Shown here: positions 50,728-59,462 of the stretch, one piece after another | How the letters are laid out: each line of letters opens with the position of its first letter | Numbering within the stretch: the stretch's first letter is position 1 | From: Gammaproteobacteria bacterium | GTDB lineage: Bacteria > Pseudomonadota > Gammaproteobacteria > UBA4575 | Assembly (NCBI GenBank): GCA_965262455.1 | Contig: CBDHFH010000003.1 | Coordinates: 12,406-76,405 of the forward strand | Direction of reading: 5' to 3' | Length of the DNA stretch: 64,000 nucleotides | Notes under the pieces: model-generated | The model's input: only the letters and a program-made list of their open reading frames with translations | What the model was told of the DNA's origin: nothing | The model's database searches: none | Program-made: the position numbers and the translations under genes

Positions 50728-51516
50728 CTATTTGTCTCGACTTGCTAGCTCATCATCTAAAGCAGCAATGACTTTCTTTAGATCATCACCAGATTTGGCA
50801 AAATCTGTTTCAGCTCTAGCCTGCTTCACTTTAGCATAAGACTCATCCAGTGATTTTCGATAACTTCCAATGTGTGTTGCCTCATCTACCATATCTTCTT
50901 TGAGGCGCGCATAAAAATCTGGAAATTTTTGAAAGGCATACAGCATCGACATGTAGGCAGCCGCAAACCGAAAGTCGTATGAAGGATAATCTTGTAAATT
51001 TTCTACCACTTGACGATTTCTCATCATGTCAACTTCAAAAGTGCTTTTATAACTGAGTAATGTTTCTTTAAACTCACCTTCAATTTGATAATCTGCGATT
51101 AAGTGAGGAATCACATCAGCTATCGACAACCTTACTAAATCATGATCCATGAGTTGCTTGAATAATTTTTCTTCCGCCTGTTGAATTTCATCTTCGTTAG
51201 CGGCAGTCAGCTCTAAGCTTTGTAAGTGTGATTGACGTAAATCGCTGATTTCTTCTGTCGAGAGCTTGGATAAATTTTCCGGCACATTAAATACGATTGT
51301 GTCTTGAATCGGCATTCCGCCATCTGCTTGAAGATTGGCTGTAAACGAAATAAGTGTGATTGCACAGACAATCGCTACGGTGCTTGCAAGCCGTGCACTC
51401 TTCTCAGCAAAAGTAGTCTTATGTTTAGCTAACATACTGTATTTTCCAAATATTCGGCCTCTTTTGGCCTTGTTCTTTAATGATCGAGTTATTGCGTAGA
51501 ATATTACCATAGGCAC
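50728..51516 (-). CDS. hypothetical secreted protein
   Basis: Probable start at MLAKHK (about 51435), with signal peptide TVAIVCAITLISFTANLQA. Helical and charged. No family recognised. Confidence 0.5.
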   Translation of the reverse strand: MPMVIFYAITRSLKNKAKRGRIFGKYSMLAKHKTTFAEKSARLASTVAIVCAITLISFTANLQADGGMPIQDTIVFNVPENLSKLSTEEISDLRQSHLQSLELTAANEDEIQQAEEKLFKQLMDHDLVRLSIADVIPHLIADYQIEGEFKETLLSYKSTFEVDMMRNRQVVENLQDYPSYDFRFAAAYMSMLYAFQKFPDFYARLKEDMVDEATHIGSYRKSLDESYAKVKQARAETDFAKSGDDLKKVIAALDDELASRDK

Positions 51517-51605
51517 TATACATAAATATTAGGCTGACCACATTTTTACTTTTTATTTGCGTATAATTCCTGACAAATATTCCGCTTTTTATTAAGATTC
51601 TTGCT

Positions 51606-52883
51606 ATGGAAACATTTGATATTGAAACATTTCGCAGCGCTGCGCCATACATCTATGCGCACCAAGGGAATGTATTTGTCATCACCATTCCAAATAGCAT
51701 GCTTAACAGTGAGCAATTGCCCGCATTAGTACAAGATTTAGCCCTAATGCAAACATTAGGCATTAAGCTCGTGCTTGTTTATGCCACTGGATTAGTCTCA
51801 AAATCAAGAAAAAAACCTGCTGTCATTGATGAAAGAAAACTGACCAAATTACAGCATAGAATTGGGGAACTACAGTCACGTCTAGAGTCATTATTCTCTA
51901 CTGGCTTGGTCAACACGCCGATGGCAGGCATGAAGCTCACTACCATCTCCGGGAACTTTGTCCATGCCAAACCCAGCGGCGTCGTTGATGGCGTAGATCT
52001 TCAATATCATGGTGAAGTACGCAGGGTGGATACGCAATCAATCCTCAAGCAACTCGACAATGGCAATATCGTATTACTTTCATCAATCGGCTACTCACCA
52101 AGTGGCGAGTGTTTTTATCTAGATGAACACGATGTTGCTACCACGGTGGCGGCGAGTATTCCTTCTGAAAAATTAATTTTCTTAATGGATGACAAAACGC
52201 TATTAAATAGCCGCAAACAACGCATCAAGTTCCTGACGCTAAAAGGCGCACAAAACCTTTTAACACGACGCAAGACTCTTGATGCTAGTGCAAGACAGTA
52301 TATTGAATTCGCAATTAACGCGTGCCTGAATCGCGTGCAACGTGTGCATCTATTGAGTACGCATGCGCAAGGCGCATTATTACAAGAACTATATAGCCAT
52401 GATGGGGCTGGCACACTGATTACTGCAGAACAGTATGATGATATTCGCCCTGCTACCATTGAAGATGTAGGTGGAATATTGTCGTTGATCAATCCTCTTG
52501 AAGAACAACAAGTGCTGGTTGAGCGAACTCGCGAACAGATTGAATTAGAAATTCACAATTATGATGTGATTGAACATGATGGTTTTGTCATTGCATGCGG
52601 CGCCTTGCATCCCGTTAAAGAAAAACATATCGGTGAAATTGCATGTCTCGCAGTGCATTCTGACTATCAAAAAGAAGGCTTAGGTAATCGCTTGTTAAAG
52701 CACTTAGAGCAAAAGGCCTGGTCACTGAATTTAAATGCCGTGTTTGTATTAACCACCAAAGCATTACATTGGTTTCGCGAGCATGGTTATCGCAAGTCGA
52801 GTATCCAGAAATTACCCATCAGCAAACAGAAAACGTATAATTACCAGAGAAATTCACGGGTTTATTTAAAGTCCTGCAGGTAA
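51606..52883 (+). CDS. argA: amino-acid N-acetyltransferase (N-acetylglutamate synthase)
   Basis: N-terminal amino-acid-kinase fold (GNVFVITIP..., LVLVYATG). C-terminal GNAT domain. 425 aa. Confidence 0.85.
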   Translation: METFDIETFRSAAPYIYAHQGNVFVITIPNSMLNSEQLPALVQDLALMQTLGIKLVLVYATGLVSKSRKKPAVIDERKLTKLQHRIGELQSRLESLFSTGLVNTPMAGMKLTTISGNFVHAKPSGVVDGVDLQYHGEVRRVDTQSILKQLDNGNIVLLSSIGYSPSGECFYLDEHDVATTVAASIPSEKLIFLMDDKTLLNSRKQRIKFLTLKGAQNLLTRRKTLDASARQYIEFAINACLNRVQRVHLLSTHAQGALLQELYSHDGAGTLITAEQYDDIRPATIEDVGGILSLINPLEEQQVLVERTREQIELEIHNYDVIEHDGFVIACGALHPVKEKHIGEIACLAVHSDYQKEGLGNRLLKHLEQKAWSLNLNAVFVLTTKALHWFREHGYRKSSIQKLPISKQKTYNYQRNSRVYLKSCR

Positions 52884-53040
52884 TTTTTATGTCATTTCAT
52901 ATACGAATTACCAAGAATATTAAATTTTTTTAATGTATTTGCAATGATGTGAGCCTGTCATGCCAGTAAAATTCGCATGAAATCAAACGCTAGATTAGTG
53001 GGTCTTTTATTCACAGCAGGTAATTACTTGGAGATTAATA

Positions 53041-53307
53041 ATGAAACTATTTATTGCAGCATGCTTGGCCGCACTTGTCACCTTCTCTACTCAAGCATTT
53101 TCTTTGGGCGGCGGGCTAGACCTCAAAGATGGTCTATTCTGGAGCGCTGATCTGAATCGTAACGAACAGCTAGATATTAATGAAGCAAAAGCGATTTATA
53201 ACCTGGGTGATGAGAAAGTATTTGCTAAATACGATACCAGTGGAGAAGGCGTAATCACAAAATTTGAATTTTATGATTATTTGAATAGACGAAGTAGCTC
53301 TGAGTAA
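53041..53307 (+). CDS. small periplasmic EF-hand calcium-binding protein
   Basis: Signal peptide. Two canonical 12-residue EF loops (DLNRNEQLDINE and DTSGEGVITKFE). Confidence 0.6.
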   Translation: MKLFIAACLAALVTFSTQAFSLGGGLDLKDGLFWSADLNRNEQLDINEAKAIYNLGDEKVFAKYDTSGEGVITKFEFYDYLNRRSSSE

Positions 53308-53326
53308 TTCAACTTAAACAAATGCA

Positions 53327-54766
53327 TTAAAGCTCTTTAGAGCGAATCACTATTTGTTTATCAATTTGCATGTCTTCAAAGGTGTAGGGAATTCCCCCTA
53401 CGCCTAATCCTGATTGGCGCAAGCCAGCAAAGGGCATCCAGTCGACACGGAAAGCAGTGTGGTCGTTAATCATCACACTGGCCGCATCCAGACGTTGACT
53501 GCAACGCAAGCCAACATCCAAATTTTGCGTAAGCACTGAGGCTTGAAATGCATATGGCAAGTTATTCGCCTGTGCGATTGCCGCATCGATATCCTCATAT
53601 GCATACACGCATACTGCCGGGCCAAAGATTTCCTGCTGACTGATAATTGATTGCTCGGAGGGATTTAATAATACCGTGCACTCATAACTTGTTTCTGAGA
53701 GAGGCTTACCGCCAAAGACGACACTAGCACCCTGTTTAACTGCGTCATCAACCCACGTTGTAACACGCTCACATTCGCGCGGTCGAATTAGCGGCCCAAC
53801 TTCTGTTGTTGCTAAAGTTGGGTCACCGATGTTCATGGCTTCTGCAAACGATGCTAAACGCTGCGCCACCTCATTTGCCATTGCCTTTGGTGCAAACACT
53901 CTTTGCACTGACACACAGACTTGCCCAGCATGATAATAACCACCCTTGGCAATTAATGGCAATGTGTCATCAAGATCTGCACTTTCATCAATAATCACGG
54001 GTGCCACGCCGCCATGCTCTAATGCACAACGTGCTCCTGCAGCTAATTTTGAACGCAGCATCCAGCCGACTTTGGCACTACCGATAAATGAGAAGAAACT
54101 TACGCGTTCATCCGTAACAAGTTTTTCTGCCACGCTTAGATCACTGGTGACACATGCCTGGCAGTATTCTTCAGGCAAGCCGGCATCCCTTAAAATTTGT
54201 ACAAAACGAAAACAAGATAACGGTGTATCTTCAGCCGGTTTCACTATCACGGGACAACCCGCGGCAACGGCAGGGCCCACTTGATGCACAATTAAATTCA
54301 ATGGATGGTTGAAAGCACTGACAGCCACTACCACACCAATCGGTTCTTTACGCGTAAACGCTAAACGATTTTGAGAAGCTGCGTTTAGCCCCATAGGTAT
54401 TTCACGTCCACTTTCAGTACGCAATACTTCAATACAGTTTTTCACCCCATCAATTGCACGTGCCACTTCAACACGCGAATCCATTAATGGCTTACCACCC
54501 TCTCGCGCAGCTTCTATCGCGAGTGTTTCTGCTTGGGCTTGCATGAGTTGCGCAGTCTTTTCTAATACTTCAATACGCTTGGGGATCGGCAACCACCGTT
54601 CGCGATCACGATAAATAGCATATGCAGTTTGCAGCGCATGTTCAGCATCATCAATTGAGATGGTAGGAACATCACTAATAGGTGATAAATCCCATGGAGC
54701 AACAACAGTGATAGTATTGCCGTCACCATGTGCACCTGGAATCATTAAATTGAATGTTTCACTCAT
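53327..54766 (-). CDS. NAD(P)-dependent aldehyde dehydrogenase
   Basis: 479 aa with ALDH motifs (catalytic Cys region QVCVSVQRV, Glu region ALEHGG, GxPxNxP-like). Confidence 0.85.
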   Translation of the reverse strand: MSETFNLMIPGAHGDGNTITVVAPWDLSPISDVPTISIDDAEHALQTAYAIYRDRERWLPIPKRIEVLEKTAQLMQAQAETLAIEAAREGGKPLMDSRVEVARAIDGVKNCIEVLRTESGREIPMGLNAASQNRLAFTRKEPIGVVVAVSAFNHPLNLIVHQVGPAVAAGCPVIVKPAEDTPLSCFRFVQILRDAGLPEEYCQACVTSDLSVAEKLVTDERVSFFSFIGSAKVGWMLRSKLAAGARCALEHGGVAPVIIDESADLDDTLPLIAKGGYYHAGQVCVSVQRVFAPKAMANEVAQRLASFAEAMNIGDPTLATTEVGPLIRPRECERVTTWVDDAVKQGASVVFGGKPLSETSYECTVLLNPSEQSIISQQEIFGPAVCVYAYEDIDAAIAQANNLPYAFQASVLTQNLDVGLRCSQRLDAASVMINDHTAFRVDWMPFAGLRQSGLGVGGIPYTFEDMQIDKQIVIRSKEL

Positions 54767-54798
54767 GATCAGTATTTAAAACGTGTGACACTAACAGT

Positions 54799-56463
54799 TT
54801 ATTCTTCACCACCATTGCCTGTCACCAGGCGACTAAGTTCTTCAGTTAATTTCATATTTTCTGAGTAATCTACCGGACAATCAACGATTACAACTGTGTC
54901 ATCTGCAATTGCTTGCTTCAACGTAGGCACTAATTCTTCAGCACTATTGACGCGATAGCCTTTGGCTCCAAAGCTCTCGGCATATTTAACAAAATCAGGA
55001 TTTGTAAATTCAATATGACTTGATCGCCCCAACTTACGCATTTGATGCCATTTAATTAAGCCATACTCGCTGTCATTCCATACCAGGATCACAATCGCGA
55101 CGCCAATACGCAATGCTGTTTCGATTTCTTGTGAATTCATCATGAATCCTGCATCACCTGTTACAGTTAGCGCAGTGATATTTGGATTAACTAACTTCGC
55201 AGCAATAGCACCTGGTACGCCAATACCCATGGAGGCAAAGCCGTTTGAAATAATGCATGTATTTGGGCGTTCAGCTTGATACATTCGCGCCATCCACATT
55301 TTATGTGCGCCGACATCAGAAATAACAACATCTTCAGGATTCAGCACCGCACGTAAATCACAAATAATCTTTTGTGGTTTAATTGGGAAACATGTGTCTG
55401 CTGCGTGCTCATTTAATTCATTCACAATCGTATCACGCAGTTCATCGTTAAACCCACCGATATGTGGTTTAGCAATTTTAGCAATCTCTTGTAAACCAGA
55501 TTTAATATCTCCAGTTACGCCAACCTCAAGTATGTAGTGCTCATCCACTTCTGCTGGGCTCATGTCAATGTGAATAATCTTTTTATCTTTATACTTGTGC
55601 CAAATGTGTGGATGGAACTCGACCATGTCAAAGCCGACACAAATAATCACATCTGATTTTTCAAACCCGCAGGCAACATAATCTTTTGCTTGCAGACCCA
55701 CTGTACCTAACGATAATTTATGTGAGAATGGAATTGCACCTTTGGCCATAAATGTGGTGGCTACCGCTATGTTTAACTGCTCAGCAAATTCCACTAACTG
55801 ACTAGACGCATTATTTCTAATCACACCGTTGCCCGCCATGATAATGGGGTAACTGGCTTGGCTAATTACCTCAGCTGCTTGTTGAATTTTTTCTATGGGT
55901 GGCACAGGTTCTAATGGAGACTGCACTTTTAGTGGATGTTTTTCTACCGGCATTTTTGCGCCCGCAATATTTTCCGGGAAATCAATAAAACTGCCGCCCG
56001 GCTTTTCCATTTGTGCATCTTTAAATGCTTTACGCACAATTTCAGGAATTATTTGTGGTGCGCGTATCTGAGTGCTGTATTTTGAAATAGGCTCAAACAA
56101 ATTCACCAAATCCAATACCTGATGGCTTTCCTTATGCATACGAGTGGTTGCACCTTGCCCGGCGATGGCTACTATTGGTGCACGATCCATATCGGCATCG
56201 GCAAAACCCGTGACTAAATTGGTTGCGCCCGGACCCAATGTCGCTAAACACACACCGGCTTTACCTGTAAGCCGGCCGTAGACATCGGCCATAAATGCGG
56301 CGCCTTGTTCATGCCGTGTAGTAATAAATTTAATCTTGCTATCTAATAGTGCATCCATGACATCGAGATTTTCTTCGCCAGGAATACCAAAAATATACTC
56401 AACCCCTTCATTTTCAAGGCATTTAATAAACAGTTCAGATGCTTTCATAAGCTCCTCTCTCAC
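54799..56463 (-). CDS. acetolactate synthase-like thiamine-pyrophosphate enzyme (catabolic AlsS type)
   Basis: TPP-enzyme N-terminal, central and C-terminal domains (GIPGEENLDVMDAL, RHEQGAAFMADVYGRLTGK, GDAGFMMNSQE). Confidence 0.75.
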   Translation of the reverse strand: MREELMKASELFIKCLENEGVEYIFGIPGEENLDVMDALLDSKIKFITTRHEQGAAFMADVYGRLTGKAGVCLATLGPGATNLVTGFADADMDRAPIVAIAGQGATTRMHKESHQVLDLVNLFEPISKYSTQIRAPQIIPEIVRKAFKDAQMEKPGGSFIDFPENIAGAKMPVEKHPLKVQSPLEPVPPIEKIQQAAEVISQASYPIIMAGNGVIRNNASSQLVEFAEQLNIAVATTFMAKGAIPFSHKLSLGTVGLQAKDYVACGFEKSDVIICVGFDMVEFHPHIWHKYKDKKIIHIDMSPAEVDEHYILEVGVTGDIKSGLQEIAKIAKPHIGGFNDELRDTIVNELNEHAADTCFPIKPQKIICDLRAVLNPEDVVISDVGAHKMWMARMYQAERPNTCIISNGFASMGIGVPGAIAAKLVNPNITALTVTGDAGFMMNSQEIETALRIGVAIVILVWNDSEYGLIKWHQMRKLGRSSHIEFTNPDFVKYAESFGAKGYRVNSAEELVPTLKQAIADDTVVIVDCPVDYSENMKLTEELSRLVTGNGGEE

Positions 56464-56626
56464 CAGCTAACAATGTTAAGATGAATCAACTTCAAACTGA
56501 CTTATAATTGACTATTTCTACATATCGGCAAATTGGATATTTATTTAACTAAATGTTCAGATAAATCACTCAATCACAAGCATTTTTATACCCTAGCATA
56601 GATCGCCAATTATTATCCCAAATGAT

Positions 56627-57604
56627 ATGAACCATACGACCGATGAACGTGCTGCGTTATTACACGCATGGATTAGTCGACATTATCCGATAGTAGAAAA
56701 TTCATTCATGAGTGTTTCAGGCGATGCAAGTTTTCGTCGCTATTTTAGATTTACAGTCGAACAAACTGATGGATCAGACAATCTCAGTCTGATCGCAGTT
56801 GATGCTCCGCCTGAATTAGAAAATAGCCAGCCATTTCTGGACATTGCGCAATTACTCGCTACCAATAATTTATCGGTACCGATTATTTATGAGCATGATT
56901 TACAGCAAGGCTTTTATATTCAACAAGATTTTGGTGATCAATTATTACTTGATTTATTAAACGGCAATTCAGTTGATAGTTTTTACCAACAGGCAATGCA
57001 AGACATTGCACACCTACAGCATGTCGAGTGTGATCAGTTGCCCTTGTATAACTCACAACTGCTGCATAGAGAAATGAATTTATTCACTGAGTGGTACCTA
57101 GCAAATCACTTAAATGTCACGCTTAATGAAATAGAAAAAAAATGTTTACAGGCTTGTTATCAATTATTAGAGGCTAATGCTGTCGAACAACCACAAGTAT
57201 TTGTTCATCGGGATTATCATTCAAGAAATCTAATGGTGCTGGATAACAACACACTTGGCATGATTGATTTCCAGGATGCAGTGAAGGGCCCGATTACTTA
57301 TGACTTAGTATCATTGCTTAGAGACTGTTACATCGCTTGGCCACAGGATAAAATTAATCAATGGTTAAGTTATTTTCATACCTATATTGTTAGTGCGATT
57401 CCAATCGATACTTTCACGCGTTGGTTTGATCTTATGGGTATGCAACGCCACCTTAAAGCAACCGGTATATTTTGTCGCTTACACTATCGTGACGACAAGC
57501 CGGGTTATCTTAATGACATCCCCCGCACGATGAATTATATCAAACAAGTTAGCGCAAAGTATCCTGAACTGAACGAGTTTAATCAGCTAGTGAGCAAGTT
57601 GTGA
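56627..57604 (+). CDS. amgK: N-acetylmuramate/N-acetylglucosamine anomeric kinase (aminoglycoside-phosphotransferase fold)
   Basis: APH/ChoK fold (VHRDYHSRNLMV, IDFQDA). Overlaps and precedes a MurU-like gene. Confidence 0.65.
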   Translation: MNHTTDERAALLHAWISRHYPIVENSFMSVSGDASFRRYFRFTVEQTDGSDNLSLIAVDAPPELENSQPFLDIAQLLATNNLSVPIIYEHDLQQGFYIQQDFGDQLLLDLLNGNSVDSFYQQAMQDIAHLQHVECDQLPLYNSQLLHREMNLFTEWYLANHLNVTLNEIEKKCLQACYQLLEANAVEQPQVFVHRDYHSRNLMVLDNNTLGMIDFQDAVKGPITYDLVSLLRDCYIAWPQDKINQWLSYFHTYIVSAIPIDTFTRWFDLMGMQRHLKATGIFCRLHYRDDKPGYLNDIPRTMNYIKQVSAKYPELNEFNQLVSKL

Positions 57605-58272
57605 AAGCCATGATATTAGCTGCAGGGCGAGGCGCTCGACTAAGTCCGCTCACCGATAAAATCCCCAAGCCTTTAGTCAAAGTCGGTCATGATACTCTTA
57701 TTGAGCATCATATAAGGAAGCTTGCAAAAGCAGGCTTCGAGAGCATTGTGATTAACACTGCGCATTTAGGCGAAAAAATTCGCAGTCACCTTGGAGACGG
57801 AGAACAATACGGTATAGCCATCGAATATTCCGATGAAGGCGAGCAGGCACTAGAAACCGCAGGCGGCATTGCATACGCACTGCCACTACTGGGTAAGCAA
57901 CCATTTTTAGCGATTAGTTCAGATGTGTATTGCGATATTCCCTTTGATACACATTTCCAGCTAAAGCAGAGTCGCATGCACTTAATTATGGTGAACAATC
58001 CGCCACATCACCCCAATGGAGATTTTAATGCGCAAGAAATTAATCTCGATAGTGCACCAGAGCTACGCTTTACTTACAGTGGCATCGCTTACATTAACCC
58101 TAACTTATTTACTCATGAGAAAAAAACTTACCCACTTATTGACGTCATTAAGCAATGCATAGAAGAAAATACCATTAGTGCCGACTTATATGAGGGCAAA
58201 TGGATTGATGTAGGGACTATCGATCGAGTGCATGCAGCCAATAAAGCAGCAATGAAAATTGGAGCACATTAG
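57601..58272 (+). CDS. murU: N-acetylmuramate alpha-1-phosphate uridylyltransferase
   Basis: Nucleotidyltransferase motif MKAMILAAGRGARLSPLTDKIPKPL. 223 aa. 4-nt overlap with amgK. Confidence 0.7.
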   Translation: MKAMILAAGRGARLSPLTDKIPKPLVKVGHDTLIEHHIRKLAKAGFESIVINTAHLGEKIRSHLGDGEQYGIAIEYSDEGEQALETAGGIAYALPLLGKQPFLAISSDVYCDIPFDTHFQLKQSRMHLIMVNNPPHHPNGDFNAQEINLDSAPELRFTYSGIAYINPNLFTHEKKTYPLIDVIKQCIEENTISADLYEGKWIDVGTIDRVHAANKAAMKIGAH

Positions 58273-58295
58273 CCCCAAATAGGTCAATATATAAT

Positions 58296-58320
58296 GACCG
58301 CTTTCGACCCAAAGCAGACA
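58296..58320. repeat. possible degenerate copy of the 25-bp island repeat (12 of the first 12 nt identical, then divergent)
   Basis: AATGACCGCTTTcgacccaaagcagac, versus AATGACCGCTTTtgcgctgaaaacggact at 61820. Lies 20 nt after the murU stop, at the left edge of the AT-rich islet. Confidence 0.3.
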
Positions 58321-58381
58321 TTTATGAGTCATTACAATATTATGTATTTTTGTTATTAAATTCTTTTTAAAGTCGAATAAT

Positions 58382-59290
58382 ATGAATAAATATATACTAA
58401 TTGTACTTGGGATATTTATTCTTACTGGGTGTGGCGAATCCTATACAGTTCCTAGAGCTACATTTCATATTGATTTAAATAATCCCGATGAAGCAAAAAA
58501 ACTCTCTTTACAAATGAATGAGTTTTTGCTTTCTGAGGGGTTTGAGGATTTAGGAATTTATGAAGAAATGATTGATTTACTCTCGCACAATGGTGCAAGA
58601 GATGAATACAATATGAAGGACATATATGACGACCAGATTCAGAGAACTAGATTAGAGAGAAACTATATAAACAGAACTAGAAAAATAGATGTGATGATAA
58701 CCGACTACTCTGATCCTGAACTAAAAAAGCGATATGTCAATTATCCTACATCTGAATCTACAATTACTGACCTACCATCACTGGAAGTAAATATTCATAA
58801 TATGCGTCCTGGTGGTTTCTCTGCTGATGCGCTTCTTTTTTATGAAAAATTTCATTCGCTTATTAAAAGCAAACATGACGGTGATATAAATATTGTGTTT
58901 AGCCCACCAAAATCTGATCAAAAAGAATTTTATAGGATTAGCGCAAAGAACTTTATTGGAAAAATTTTTAATTGGTTAGTTGTATTTGCCGTGTCGATTA
59001 CAATATTTGGTTTAATAATTATCAAATTGTTGAAACTAACCAAACTAAATATATTGCAAAAACGAGCAATATTCGGTATTTCTGGCTCAATCTTATCAAC
59101 TCCCTTGCCATTTCCGATTGCTACAATATTTACAACCTTATTACCGAGTGTGTTAGCAATACCTCTAATTGGATCAGACTATTTCTCAAGAATAGCTGAT
59201 GTGGGAATTAAATCATTTTTAGTTTGCTTTTCCTTATGCGCGATACTATCGGTACTTCTCATTAAAGAAAAGAAAACAGCTGGCGAATGA
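58382..59290 (+). CDS. lipoprotein with a C-terminal polytopic membrane domain
   Basis: Lipobox LTGC. Soluble N-terminal region. Four hydrophobic helices in the C-terminal third. Very AT-rich codon usage. Confidence 0.55.
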   Translation: MNKYILIVLGIFILTGCGESYTVPRATFHIDLNNPDEAKKLSLQMNEFLLSEGFEDLGIYEEMIDLLSHNGARDEYNMKDIYDDQIQRTRLERNYINRTRKIDVMITDYSDPELKKRYVNYPTSESTITDLPSLEVNIHNMRPGGFSADALLFYEKFHSLIKSKHDGDINIVFSPPKSDQKEFYRISAKNFIGKIFNWLVVFAVSITIFGLIIIKLLKLTKLNILQKRAIFGISGSILSTPLPFPIATIFTTLLPSVLAIPLIGSDYFSRIADVGIKSFLVCFSLCAILSVLLIKEKKTAGE

Positions 59291-59462
59291 CCTCTAATGC
59301 GCCGATAGGCGACATTAAACTTCTAGAAAAAATATAATTAAAACATAGATTTATATATATGCTATTAACATCATATAAAATATTTAATATTTTTGATAAA
59401 TACTTAAAGAAAAGTATATATACTAAAAGAGTACTCTTAATCTGATCACATGGTGAATTCTG

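Noticed and set aside
53041-53307. The EF-hand protein as a lanmodulin (LanM) homolog
   Set aside because: It has only two EF loops, not four, and lacks the characteristic proline at loop position 2. It is retained only as a generic EF-hand protein.
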